64,000 bases of DNA from Candidatus Undinarchaeota archaeon. GTDB taxonomy: Archaea > SpSt-1190 > JASMDC01. Positions within the stretch are counted from its first letter, which is position 1. The number at the start of each line of letters is the position of its first letter. The stretch spans positions 43,155 through 107,154 of the forward strand of contig CAZFHY010000015.1 of NCBI GenBank assembly GCA_964519305.1, given 5' to 3'. Below are positions 38,680 to 48,580 of the stretch, piece by piece. Under the pieces are notes generated by a model, which had not been told where the DNA came from, did no database searches, and saw only the letters and a list, made by a program, of their open reading frames with translations. A program made the position numbers and the translations under genes.

Positions 38680-41600
38680 CTACTTGCCGCCGCTACCGCC
38701 CATGGCCCATGCCAGCACGATCAGCAGCACCACGATGACCGCCAGGGTCCGCGGGTCCAGGAACCAGTCTACAGGCTCCTTGGGCTCGCACACGTAGTTT
38801 AGAACATCGCACTTGTCTGTCATCGGGCAGTCCAGTGGACCGGCACAGCAGATCTTCCCATCAGCGCAGCATATGCCGTTGCGGCAGTTGCCGCTCTCGC
38901 ACTCGTCACGCTTCGTGCACGGATCACCGTCCTCGCCGAGAGCACCCGGCGGACGCGGGGTCGCCGTGACGCTGGGGCCGGGAGTTGCCGTAGGCCTCCC
39001 TGTGACAGAAGGTCCAAGTGTGCCGCTGGGCCGAGGGGTCGAAGTGGGCCGCACTGTTGCCGTAGGCCGGGGCGTGGCGGTAGGCTGCACCGTCACAGTC
39101 GGCACGACCGTCATGGTAGGTCTGGGCGTCAGTGTGGCACTACCGCCGATGCACACCTCGAAACTGATCACGTAGAGGTAGATGGCCGGAGATTCCGGGT
39201 TGCGCCGCATGTTCGCCTGCACCTTGAGGACGTGCTCGCCGTCCTTGAGGTCGTTGGCGACCATCACGTCGAGAGCAGTGGCGTCGTCGGCGTAGGTGTC
39301 GACCTCCTTCACCTTCACTCCATCGATTAGGAGATCGGCGAAACCCGATCGGCCGGCGAGGAACCGTACTGAGATGCCCGTGCCCTTGAACGGGAACTCC
39401 AGCCACTCCTTGTTATTGCCGGGCGTGAACAGCATCTCCGTGCCGACACCATCGACCCCATACTTCCCTTGGGTCCAGCCCGGTTCCTTGGTATGCTCCT
39501 CGCGCCAGGCAGAGACGGCGACCACTCCTTTCTCGATGGCCTGAACCGTGGTGCAGCTGACGCCGGGTCCGGGCGTGATGGAGGGCACCGGTGTCGTCGA
39601 AGGCACGGGTGTGACCGTCGGGATGGGTGTTGGTGAGGGGATGGGCGTCACCAGGGGTGAACATTCCTCGAAGGTCGCCGCGCAGCTCCCGTCCCGGCAC
39701 CGCACGGGCTTCGCCTCGGGGCAACCACCGGCACCACCGCAACCAGCGATGGTGGCAACGCACGAGCCGTCGGGGCACACAACGGGTTCATCACCGATGC
39801 ATTTGCTGGGCGGTTTGCCCTCGCATTCCTCGTCGCTTCCGGCACAGGAACCCTCGTGACAGAGCACGGGAGTATCCCCCGAGCACGGCGAGATAAGGCA
39901 CAGGTCGCTTGTGGAGCACACGGCTGTACCGCAGCATGCGCGCACGTCGGCGCAGTCGACAAGACCGTTACCGTCATTGTCGCTACCGTCGTCGCACACT
40001 TCCACAGCCGGGCAGAGTGCCGTGCCACGACACGTTCCGGGACCGCAGCAGTCGGCGTCCTCGCAGTCGATCAGGCCATCGCAGTCGTCGTCCTTCCCAT
40101 CGCCGCAAACGGTCTCGCTCTCACCAGCGGGTGTGCACACAAGCTCGTCGGCGCAGTAGGTGGACACCTCGTCGAAGGTGAGCCTGAGCGAGTTGGCGGC
40201 GTTGGCGCAGAAGTGGCCGCGGCCGCGGTAGTTGGAGCTGGTGACCACCAGCGTGTTGCTTTGCGTAAGGATGGACGGGTTCAGGGGTACGATGTACTCG
40301 CCAAGGAGCACGTTGTTCTCCCACGCTGCGACCTCTATACCGTTGAGCGTGGCCGAAGTATCATGAGGCTGCACCGAGCGGCATGCATCGGCGAAGCTCA
40401 TCACCAGTTCTGCGCTCGCGGCGGTAGTGGGATCGATGTTGGCCGGGAGCTCGATGGTGACCTGGTAGCTCTTCCGGTTGACGCAGATGAACCCGCGTAC
40501 CTGGGCCGATACCACGGATCCGCTGGTCGCGGTGACCTTCTCCGCCCGGTCCCAGAAGGTGGGATCGGTGGGGGGGGTGTACGTGACCGAGGCAGCGGCC
40601 TCCTTGGTAGCGCCAGTGGCCGTTAGCGTGGCCGTCGCCGCTCCCGCGGAACCATCCACGATGGCATGGGCCTTCACAGTGACAGAGTCGCCAGGAGCGA
40701 TCCGCTGACCCTCGAGACGTGGCACCAGGAACAGCTCCAGCCCGCCCGTCGTCTCAACGGCGAGGTCGGAGATGATCTCGGTTCCCGTGTTGGTGATTGT
40801 GAACTCCTGGAACGTGTCGAGGCAGAGCATGTCCTCGCCCGCGGACGAGAGGTCGATGGCCCAGTCGGCCGGTGCGATGGACAGCCCGTAACCGTCCCAC
40901 GGAGGGAGGGTCAGTGTCAGCGTTGAGGATGCGGTGCTCCCGTCGCTCGCGGAGAGGGAGAGCGTGTACTCGTACTCGAGCAGGGTGGCGCTGGACGCAG
41001 TGACGCCCACGGTGAGCTCGACATGCCCGCCGGCCGGGATGACCAGCGGTGCCGAGGGCGAACCGGGGCCGATGAACGAGATGGGGAGTTCGTCGGGGCC
41101 GGTGACGGTGGCCGTCACCGTGAGGGACTTAACGCCCCCGTTCAGGACGATGACCGGGACACGGTTGAACTCGCGTGTGATTGCGACGGTGGCTGCGGTC
41201 TTCGCGAACCGGACACCTTGAGCAGCGGCCTCTCCGGTCACCAGCACGTTGTCGAACCGGGCGTTCTCCTGGGCGTAGCATTCGAGACCGATGGTACCCC
41301 AGCTGAGGTCGGCGTCCGTCCTCTGGAACCGGAAGTCACCGTTCACGTATACGACCAGTTGGTCCCCCTTGACATCCACCTTGATACGGTAGCGCTTGGT
41401 CGGTTCATAGCGGGTGACATCTGTATTTGAGTTGAGCACGGTGAGCTCGCCGTCGATCCACTTCTCCAGGCGCATGAAGGGCCCCTCGCTGGACTCGTCG
41501 CCCACCCAGAGGAAACGGTAGAAGTTGTTCTCGTCCTGGTAGCGGAACCGTACACCGATACCGTCGTCGTCGCCGGGGATGACATCGAACTGGACGATGT

Positions 41601-43095
41601 AATCGCCCCAACCGAAACCAGAGTCCACGGTGACGTACGTGGTACCGTAGGTGCCGGATTCTATGCCCTCGGTACCGGTAAAATCGTTGCTCTGCTGGAG
41701 GAGCTTCCCGTCCGACTCTTTCCAGCTGCCTGCGAGCTCGCTCACGGTCCAGCCGGCCATCCCATCCTCGACACTGAAGTCGTCGAAGAACAGGTAAGTG
41801 TCAGGGAGGTCGATCCCGGCATCGAGCGCGATGTTGAGCGTGGCGCTGCCATCCCCGATTAGGTCCACGGTCCCGGTCCTTGTGGAGTAACCGCTCTTGG
41901 ATGCTGTGATGGCGGCCATGCCCGCGGGAACGTCCTCGAGCGTATAGGTGCCGTCCACTGCCGTGGTCGTTGTCACGACGCCCCCGGCGCCGGACACCGT
42001 GGCGGCCTCGATGGGAGTGCCCTCGTCCGCGTCCGTCACGGTCCCCGAGATGGTCCCGGTGTACTTGGAATCACCTGGATTGATGAGCAGGCGTACGAAA
42101 TCGATGGCGTACCCGTCACCCTTACCTGTTGTGGGATCGTCGATATAGATGATAAGGTTGCCCGAGGCAACGTCTTGCAGGAACGCAGTGGGCACCTGGA
42201 CGGTGATGAGCTTGCCGATGGGACCTGTCTGTGAGACCGAGTTGATGACGCTCTCGAGGAAAGCGGCCCGCTTGTTGTTGATGGTGACCTGGAAGCTCGA
42301 GCCCCAGTAGGGAGCCTGGAAGTCGTCGATGAAGATCTGGAGCGTGGCCGATGTGACCGTGACGCTGCCAAGGTCGTAGGCGAGGGTGATGGGCTCGGGC
42401 TTGTTGGTCCACCGGTTGTTGGAGTAACCATCACTGTACTGGGTGGCACCGGTGGGGATGGCGATGCGGTCGGTCCCTGCGGGATCGTCCTCTTCTGGAT
42501 CGAAGGGATAAGAATGGGCGGATGTGGAGAGCCCGCTGAACACGTCGAAGCCGTCAGGCCAGCCGAACCCGAGGTTATCAATGTCGCCCACCAGTACAAT
42601 GAGCTCTGCCTCGCTCAACGGCTCGGGGGTGGGCTCAGGCGTTGGTTCAGGTGTGGGCGTGGCAGCGCCGCCCTGCTCGTATACCCACTTGAACTTCACT
42701 AGATTCTCGGTTAGCGAGTATATCTCGAGCTTCACGTACTTGCCGTCAGAGGTCTTGATCCAGTAGATGTGACCGTTCCCGGCGCCCGCCTCGGAGACAA
42801 AGGACTCGTCAGCAGGTCGCTGTATGAGGTCGCCGATGGTACCGATCCCCGCTTCATAGACGCCGGCGCCCTCGCTGGAGGCACGCAAAAGGCCGTTGGC
42901 AAAATCCAGGGATGCGTCCCCTGTAGGATATGGTTCTTCTCCCCAGGACTCGACCTTGGCCAAATCGAAGCTGTAGACCTGGCCGGTCTCGAAATGCGAT
43001 CCCATGGCAACGCTGATGATCGCCGTGGCGCTTGAGGTCACGAGGCCGAAGACGACGGCAATCGTGAATACGATATTGCGGATCTTCTTGTCCAT
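38680..43095 (-). CDS. large membrane-anchored modular surface protein (carboxypeptidase-regulatory-like, ConA/thrombospondin-C-like, Cys-rich repeats, Pro/Thr linkers)
   Basis: Signal peptide; GTISGTVTDA...PIEAATV; DDDGIGVRFRYQDENNFY; CGDGKDDDCDGLIDC repeats; PT-rich linkers; C-terminal TM helix. Confidence 0.85.
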   Translation of the reverse strand: MDKKIRNIVFTIAVVFGLVTSSATAIISVAMGSHFETGQVYSFDLAKVESWGEEPYPTGDASLDFANGLLRASSEGAGVYEAGIGTIGDLIQRPADESFVSEAGAGNGHIYWIKTSDGKYVKLEIYSLTENLVKFKWVYEQGGAATPTPEPTPEPTPEPLSEAELIVLVGDIDNLGFGWPDGFDVFSGLSTSAHSYPFDPEEDDPAGTDRIAIPTGATQYSDGYSNNRWTNKPEPITLAYDLGSVTVTSATLQIFIDDFQAPYWGSSFQVTINNKRAAFLESVINSVSQTGPIGKLITVQVPTAFLQDVASGNLIIYIDDPTTGKGDGYAIDFVRLLINPGDSKYTGTISGTVTDADEGTPIEAATVSGAGGVVTTTTAVDGTYTLEDVPAGMAAITASKSGYSTRTGTVDLIGDGSATLNIALDAGIDLPDTYLFFDDFSVEDGMAGWTVSELAGSWKESDGKLLQQSNDFTGTEGIESGTYGTTYVTVDSGFGWGDYIVQFDVIPGDDDGIGVRFRYQDENNFYRFLWVGDESSEGPFMRLEKWIDGELTVLNSNTDVTRYEPTKRYRIKVDVKGDQLVVYVNGDFRFQRTDADLSWGTIGLECYAQENARFDNVLVTGEAAAQGVRFAKTAATVAITREFNRVPVIVLNGGVKSLTVTATVTGPDELPISFIGPGSPSAPLVIPAGGHVELTVGVTASSATLLEYEYTLSLSASDGSTASSTLTLTLPPWDGYGLSIAPADWAIDLSSAGEDMLCLDTFQEFTITNTGTEIISDLAVETTGGLELFLVPRLEGQRIAPGDSVTVKAHAIVDGSAGAATATLTATGATKEAAASVTYTPPTDPTFWDRAEKVTATSGSVVSAQVRGFICVNRKSYQVTIELPANIDPTTAASAELVMSFADACRSVQPHDTSATLNGIEVAAWENNVLLGEYIVPLNPSILTQSNTLVVTSSNYRGRGHFCANAANSLRLTFDEVSTYCADELVCTPAGESETVCGDGKDDDCDGLIDCEDADCCGPGTCRGTALCPAVEVCDDGSDNDGNGLVDCADVRACCGTAVCSTSDLCLISPCSGDTPVLCHEGSCAGSDEECEGKPPSKCIGDEPVVCPDGSCVATIAGCGGAGGCPEAKPVRCRDGSCAATFEECSPLVTPIPSPTPIPTVTPVPSTTPVPSITPGPGVSCTTVQAIEKGVVAVSAWREEHTKEPGWTQGKYGVDGVGTEMLFTPGNNKEWLEFPFKGTGISVRFLAGRSGFADLLIDGVKVKEVDTYADDATALDVMVANDLKDGEHVLKVQANMRRNPESPAIYLYVISFEVCIGGSATLTPRPTMTVVPTVTVQPTATPRPTATVRPTSTPRPSGTLGPSVTGRPTATPGPSVTATPRPPGALGEDGDPCTKRDECESGNCRNGICCADGKICCAGPLDCPMTDKCDVLNYVCEPKEPVDWFLDPRTLAVIVVLLIVLAWAMGGSGGK

Positions 43096-43261
43096 TGTAT
43101 CTCAACTCCTTATCACGTGAAGAGGACGTTGGAGGCCGGAGCGATCTCTCATTGTTAAATGTTACTTTCGGCCTCGTCAGTCAGCTGCTCTCTCGCAAAG
43201 AGCGTTTCTCGCATAAGAGCGGACCTGAGGATGGTATAAATAGGTATCTATGGGGCCGCGG

Positions 43262-44107
43262 TCACGCAGCGCCGTTAATGGCCTTATCGAACACGCCTTC
43301 CAGGCCGTCCTTCTCGAAGGTGCGGGAGAAGTCCCAGTAACCGTCGGCGTACTCGCGCTTGGCATGGACGCGGATCGTGTCCATGCGCTCCTTGTAGAGG
43401 TCATGCATCTCCTTTGTGCCCTGCTCGGCCAGGACCTCACCCTCCATCACCAGGGCGAAGCCCTCCTTGAGACGGCTTGCCGGGTTGGGTATGTAATCGG
43501 CCTCATCTATCGTGAAGGGCCAGGGCGCCTCGCGGATCTTGTCGTGGAGGTGGTGCATGGCCTCGTGGACCATGATGCCCTGGAGCTGGGCCGAGCGGGT
43601 ATAGCCCTCGTACGCGGTGCCTTCTAGCACATCGTTGTCGGTGGGGAGCGTGCCGTAGTCTCCCACCTTGTCCTCTATCGTCATACGGACCGGTTTGGAG
43701 TCGTAACAACCGTTGTAGCGGCCGGTGGTGGGTGTCACCTCCAGCTTGTCCACGGTAAGGTCGTCCATATGCTGGAGGTACTGGGGTGCGTTGTCAGCGA
43801 GGTATGAGCGTACGCGCCCCATGGCCTCCTCGAAGTTATGCTCGACGAGCTTTCGGTCCGCGGACAGGTAGGTTGCCCGCTGGACTACCTCGTCCTTGTC
43901 CTCAATGACCTTGTACACGCCGGGGAGCTTGCGGTCCAGGACACCAAGGCTCTCCAGGGTGTCACGCTCGGGGCCTTCCTCAAGGGGACCGACGTGGTAG
44001 CCGTGCAAGGTGCTCTCACTAGCCTTCTGGTAGATGGAAAGGCCCTTCTTTCCGACGGCATCGAGAAGTGCTCCCTCAAGGTCCATGTCGGAGGATTCGG
44101 TGTACAC
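43262..44107 (-). CDS. putative zinc metallopeptidase (HExxH)
   Basis: MVHEAMHHLH followed by LKEGFA (gluzincin-type third ligand); GTG start behind GAGGTG. Confidence 0.65.
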   Translation of the reverse strand: MYTESSDMDLEGALLDAVGKKGLSIYQKASESTLHGYHVGPLEEGPERDTLESLGVLDRKLPGVYKVIEDKDEVVQRATYLSADRKLVEHNFEEAMGRVRSYLADNAPQYLQHMDDLTVDKLEVTPTTGRYNGCYDSKPVRMTIEDKVGDYGTLPTDNDVLEGTAYEGYTRSAQLQGIMVHEAMHHLHDKIREAPWPFTIDEADYIPNPASRLKEGFALVMEGEVLAEQGTKEMHDLYKERMDTIRVHAKREYADGYWDFSRTFEKDGLEGVFDKAINGAA

Positions 44108-44141
44108 GTTAAGCACCTCGCGAGGCAAATGACCCCTCGCT

Positions 44142-44158
44142 GGTTAATAAAGGTTCCC
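44142..44158 (-). promoter_or_regulatory. BRE/TATA promoter, copy 1
   Basis: GGGAACCTTTATTAACC on the minus strand upstream of 43262-44107. Confidence 0.65.
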
Positions 44159-44189
44159 TTTTGTTACCACTCAACAGGGGTAAATATAT

Positions 44190-45464
44190 TCACCCGGAGG
44201 ATTCCTTCCTGTCCTCGAGCGAATAGATACCCTTCACCATCTCCAGGCAGTCGAACGCGTCGAACCGCTGCTTCATGCGGCCCACCGCCGCGTCGGTGAG
44301 GGTGTAGCTGGCCGGGAGAAGGAACTCGATGATGTGCACCGCGTCGTCGAACCTCCGGTCCCGGTGCTGGTTGCTCTCCCGCTCCACGTCATCGCGCAGG
44401 TGCTCGATCATCATCTCCCTAGCGCCAGCCTCGCCCTTCTCCTTGATGAAGTGCTGCCAGTACTCATTGGGAGGTTCCTCGAAGAAATCGTCCTTGCGGA
44501 TGAGCTCGGCGGCGGTATCGACGAGCTCGGTCTTGGAATAGTACTTCTGGGTAGCCGCCCGCTCGGCGGTGAGGGTGCTCCCCTCCCATAGGCGGGCGTA
44601 CTCCGCCCTCAGCTCCTCGTAGAAAGCACGGTACTGAGGTCGGGCGCGCTCGAAGAGGGGGCGGAAGGCGTTGAAGAACACGCAGGACGAGCCGGGGATA
44701 TGCTCGGACGCCTTCTCGACGAACTGAGTGAGCTTGGTCGGGTCGCGGACCACGTCGGTAGCGGAGAACCCGAACTCCGAAGCGAACGCCTTATCCATCT
44801 CCTCGTAGGTATCCCGGACCTTGGGGAGCGTGTGGTGGTGGAACCATGAGCCCAGCACCTGATCGTCGCGGGCGAGGTCATTGATGGCGTGGTAGCCGAG
44901 CACCTGGCCGGGGAGCTCCGCCCGGAAGGCATTGAGGAAGCGGTGGACGTTGTCGGTGAGCTTATCACCGGTGTCGGTGTCCAGCTTGTGCTCCTGTTTC
45001 TCCAGAATGGCGTCATCGGCCCAGTGGGCGTACTCATGGGCAAGCACCCACACGTTCTCAGCGATGGTGTTGTAGGGGGCGATGAACACGGTGTTCTTGC
45101 CCGTGAAGTCGTGGACGATCCGGTTGGCGGCCTTGACGTAATGATGGCTAATCGAGCCCTCCATGGAAAGGTCGTCACCGTCGTTGATGAGCGTGTTCTC
45201 GTGGCTGTACAATCCCTTCCAGGAACCGTAGTTGGTCATGTACGCATGGGGCGCCTCTTTATCAGAGGCATCGAACATGTCCTGGTACACGCCGACGACG
45301 GCATCGCAGTACGATGTGAGGGTGGGATGATCCTCGGGAGTGAGCTCGACGGCCTTGTACGCGAACTGGTGGCCATGGACATCGCTGAGCTCTTTCCATG
45401 TACTCCACAAGGCCTCGGTCTCAGCGATGACCCCTTCACCGTCGAAGGAGTAGTCCGTCTCCAC
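44190..45464 (-). CDS. hypothetical protein with HExxH motif (putative metallopeptidase)
   Basis: VLAHEYAHWAD with downstream RAE; GTG start about 25 nt below the TATA box. Confidence 0.65.
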   Translation of the reverse strand: METDYSFDGEGVIAETEALWSTWKELSDVHGHQFAYKAVELTPEDHPTLTSYCDAVVGVYQDMFDASDKEAPHAYMTNYGSWKGLYSHENTLINDGDDLSMEGSISHHYVKAANRIVHDFTGKNTVFIAPYNTIAENVWVLAHEYAHWADDAILEKQEHKLDTDTGDKLTDNVHRFLNAFRAELPGQVLGYHAINDLARDDQVLGSWFHHHTLPKVRDTYEEMDKAFASEFGFSATDVVRDPTKLTQFVEKASEHIPGSSCVFFNAFRPLFERARPQYRAFYEELRAEYARLWEGSTLTAERAATQKYYSKTELVDTAAELIRKDDFFEEPPNEYWQHFIKEKGEAGAREMMIEHLRDDVERESNQHRDRRFDDAVHIIEFLLPASYTLTDAAVGRMKQRFDAFDCLEMVKGIYSLEDRKESSG

Positions 45465-45485
45465 GAGGTCGGCCGCCCGGAACAC

Positions 45486-45502
45486 GGTTAATAAAGGTTC
45501 CC
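45486..45502 (-). promoter_or_regulatory. BRE/TATA promoter, copy 2
   Basis: Same 17-mer GGGAACCTTTATTAACC upstream of 44190-45464. Confidence 0.65.
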
Positions 45503-45621
45503 CCGGGGATGCTGTCGCGTCATCCAGCTCACATATCCTGAACGAACGCCCCCACCCCCCCATGGGAAAGCCATATAAACCGGACGTCCGGCCGGACACC
45601 GTCATCCCGGGAGGACAAGGT

Positions 45622-47211
45622 ATGCTCGAAGCCGACGATCCAACCTTCGATGCGGAGGCTGCGCCCTACGTGGAATCCTTCTCGAAGGAGTACGAGCAGC
45701 TGTCCCTGGACTCCAACCAGGCCTACTGGGACCTATATTCAACGGGTAAGAGCGACGAGCTGGAGAAGGTGCAGGAGCGTGAGCGTGAACTGTACAGCAG
45801 CGACGAGCTCTACACCAACATGGCCAAGTGGGACGGACAAATCGCCGATCCCATGCTCGCCCGCCAGGTAAAGGGCCTGTACGAGGCCGCCAAGCAGTAC
45901 CACACCGACAAGGACAAGCTGGAAGAGATCGACAAGAAGACCAATGAGGTCAACGAGATCCACATGAACTACCGGGCCACCTACCAGGGCAAGGAGGTGA
46001 CCGACACCGAGCTCAGGAAGGTCATTGAGGAGGAGAAGGACCCGGCCTTGCGCAAGGAGGCATGGCTCGCGTCCTACGCAAAAGGCGACAAGGTAGCACC
46101 AGGGCTCATCGAGCTCGTGAAGCTGCGCAACGAGTTCGCCCGATCGCAGGGACACTCCAACTTCTTCGAGATGAGGTTGAAGGAGCAGGACATCGATCCT
46201 CAGAAGCTGTACGGCCTGCTCGACGACCTAGACAAGGTGTCAGAAGCCCCCTATACCGAGCGCAGGGATGCTTCGAAGGAGAAGGTCGCCAAGTTCTTCA
46301 ATATCCAGGTGGACGAGCTCAGGCCGTGGCATTTCGGATACGACATCGACAAGTTCTCTAAAGAGCTCGACGCCCACTTCCCCAAGAGCCGACAGCTCAA
46401 GATCCTCAAATCATCCTACAACGACATGGGTTACGACCTGGACGCTATGGGGGTGCAGTACGACCTCGAGCAGCGGCCGGGAAAGACCCAGCACGCCTTC
46501 TGCTTCGGAATGAGCATTCCCGACGACGTGCGCATCATCGCCAACGAGGAGCCCACCCACTACTTTCAGGAGGTGCTCCACCATGAGAGCGGGCACGCAG
46601 TGTACGACAAGGGCATCCCTGCCGCACTTCCGCCCCTCCTGAGGGGTGCCGCTTCGTCAGTGATGACCGAGGGCGCCGCCATGATGTTCGAACGGCTCGC
46701 CAACGATGCAGCGTGGCTCCAGGAGTACGGCGGTGTGCCCAAGGAGCTCGCCGAGAAGAACGAGGACAAGAACCGGAAGGGCGGACAATCATTCATCCGC
46801 GCCTACCTCGCCTACATCAACTTCGAGAAGGCGTTGTACGAGGATCCCGACCAGGACCTTGCCGGATTGTGGTGGGATCTGCGGGAGAAGTACTCGCAGT
46901 CACCGAAGCCCGAGGACACCACGCTAAATGGCTGGGCCGAGACCATCCACTTCACCGGCTATCCGGCCTACCTCCAGAACTATCTGCTCGCCGAACTTGT
47001 GGCGGCCCAGCTGCACGACAAGCTGGTCGAGGAGAACGGCTCGGTGATAGGCAATCCCAAGACGGCCGAGTACATGGACCGCGAGGTGTTCGCTCACGGT
47101 GCCACAATGGACGAGGCGGACCTGCTAGTGCAGGCGACCGGTGAGCCGCTGAACCCGCAGCACTATGTTGACTACGTGTTCGGCGGGCAGGAAAAGGACG
47201 ACGACGCCTGA
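45622..47211 (+). CDS. M3/M2-family zinc oligopeptidase
   Basis: LVKLRNEFA..G..N, LRPWH, RPGKTQHAFC, HHESGH, TEG.AM, H....PAYLQNYLL; GGAGG RBS. Confidence 0.9.
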   Translation: MLEADDPTFDAEAAPYVESFSKEYEQLSLDSNQAYWDLYSTGKSDELEKVQERERELYSSDELYTNMAKWDGQIADPMLARQVKGLYEAAKQYHTDKDKLEEIDKKTNEVNEIHMNYRATYQGKEVTDTELRKVIEEEKDPALRKEAWLASYAKGDKVAPGLIELVKLRNEFARSQGHSNFFEMRLKEQDIDPQKLYGLLDDLDKVSEAPYTERRDASKEKVAKFFNIQVDELRPWHFGYDIDKFSKELDAHFPKSRQLKILKSSYNDMGYDLDAMGVQYDLEQRPGKTQHAFCFGMSIPDDVRIIANEEPTHYFQEVLHHESGHAVYDKGIPAALPPLLRGAASSVMTEGAAMMFERLANDAAWLQEYGGVPKELAEKNEDKNRKGGQSFIRAYLAYINFEKALYEDPDQDLAGLWWDLREKYSQSPKPEDTTLNGWAETIHFTGYPAYLQNYLLAELVAAQLHDKLVEENGSVIGNPKTAEYMDREVFAHGATMDEADLLVQATGEPLNPQHYVDYVFGGQEKDDDA

Positions 47212-47306
47212 GCCAACGGTCCGGTCGCAACCGTCCCACCGAAAACTTTAAGGGCAACCTCCCACACGTATCAGTAGCAGTTGCGAGCACCATCTCGTGG
47301 TGAGAT

Positions 47307-47549
47307 ATGATGGTGGAAGAACCTCTCCTGTTAGCACGGCTCGTGTATCCTTTTACCGAGCTCGTGGACGTCCCTGCATGGACCTGGCCTCTACTTATCG
47401 CGCTTTTCGCTGCGCTCCTGGCGCTCGGGTACCGCGACCGCCAGCGGGCCGCAGATGAGCAGGAGCGGGCCAGCCGTTTTCCTGACGCGTGGAGCGATCC
47501 TCCCGGCAGACCTTGCTCGCGTATCACGGCGATCCAGCAGCGTCGATGA
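47307..47549 (+). CDS. small membrane protein
   Basis: GGTGA RBS; one TM helix (WPLLIALFAALLALG); C-terminal AWSDPPGRPC motif repeated downstream. Confidence 0.55.
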   Translation: MMVEEPLLLARLVYPFTELVDVPAWTWPLLIALFAALLALGYRDRQRAADEQERASRFPDAWSDPPGRPCSRITAIQQRR

Positions 47550-47653
47550 GCGCAGTGGGGTATTACACGTATATACGTCGGTTTTATAGTGATTCAGCGC
47601 CTACAGAATATTTGGGCGTTATTTGCGAGTGTGATTTGTGAGAGGCGAGAACC

Positions 47654-47818
47654 ATCGACGAAGAACAACCGCTACTACAGACGGTGCTGCGCACGGTGAC
47701 CGACGTGCTGGGGATTGGGTCGGATCCGGAGGAGCGACCCCGGCCACCGAGCGCGTGGAGCGATCCTCCCGGCAGACCCTGCCGGCGGATACTCGAGCTC
47801 CAGCAGGCGAATGCCTGA
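47654..47818 (+). pseudogene. paralogue of 47307-47549 lacking the TM helix and an ATG at the homologous start
   Basis: Frame reads IDEEQPLL...AWSDPPGRPCRRILELQQANA*; 27-nt exact repeat 47486-47512 vs 47752-47778; ATC after GAGG. Confidence 0.5.
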
Positions 47819-47927
47819 GCCGCGAGCGAACGTGAGAAAGGGAAGGTAGGATACCCGGTGGGAAGGGGATGATGGCCGGGCCACTCTATTTATCGATACG
47901 TCTTTCCCTTAGTGAAAGGAGGGTAAA

Positions 47928-47950
47928 GGGCCGGGACGATGCCCCGGCCC
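47928..47950. terminator. GC-rich hairpin downstream of convergent genes
   Basis: GGGCCGGG-7 nt loop-CCCGGCCC. Confidence 0.45.
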
Positions 47951-47981
47951 GTAGGTGATGGTTTGAGGTCGTGGTCGATCC

Positions 47982-48575
47982 TTACATGTACTCGGCGTCC
48001 CCGGTCTCCTTGATTCTGTCGTGCAGCTCCCGCGCCGCGTCGATGTCCGCCTGGTCAAGATGCTCGGGTGGTCCGCCGGTGGTGCCGTAGGGCCCGAGGT
48101 CCGTGGGCGTATAGGTCATATGCGTGGGGATGTCGACGTGCTCGTTGACGTAGGATACCTGGTTCTCGTGGGACTGGTTGAAGCTGTAGAGCCTGCCGTT
48201 CATGCGCTCGATGACATTCTCTGCTACCGCTCCGGCCCACATGTGGTGGGCCTCACCGCTCACGGCCACGTAGGTATGGCTCCGGTCCGCGGAATGAAAC
48301 CCTGCCACCTGGCCCTGCTTGCACAGATTGTACCCACGGATACCGTCCGCGGCGATGTCGAGGATGTCCTCGATCTCATCGTTGGTGAAGCCGGTGACGT
48401 CAAGGGTGGCGAACCGCACCATACCGCTGGAGCAGCCCTCATCTATCTCGCGGTCATAGCCGCTCATGCTGAACCTCTCGGCGTAGAACGCCGGTTCTTC
48501 ATCCCAGTCCAGGAGGCCCTTGTGGCCCTGACGTCCGATGAGGAGGTTGCCCAGCTTCTTGAGGAACCGGCCCAT
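47982..48575 (-). CDS. hypothetical protein, tandem paralogue A
   Basis: Aligns end to end with 48581-49183 (SGYDREIDEG.SSGM, LGPYGTTGGPP). Confidence 0.85.
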   Translation of the reverse strand: MGRFLKKLGNLLIGRQGHKGLLDWDEEPAFYAERFSMSGYDREIDEGCSSGMVRFATLDVTGFTNDEIEDILDIAADGIRGYNLCKQGQVAGFHSADRSHTYVAVSGEAHHMWAGAVAENVIERMNGRLYSFNQSHENQVSYVNEHVDIPTHMTYTPTDLGPYGTTGGPPEHLDQADIDAARELHDRIKETGDAEYM

Positions 48576-48580
48576 GGTAC

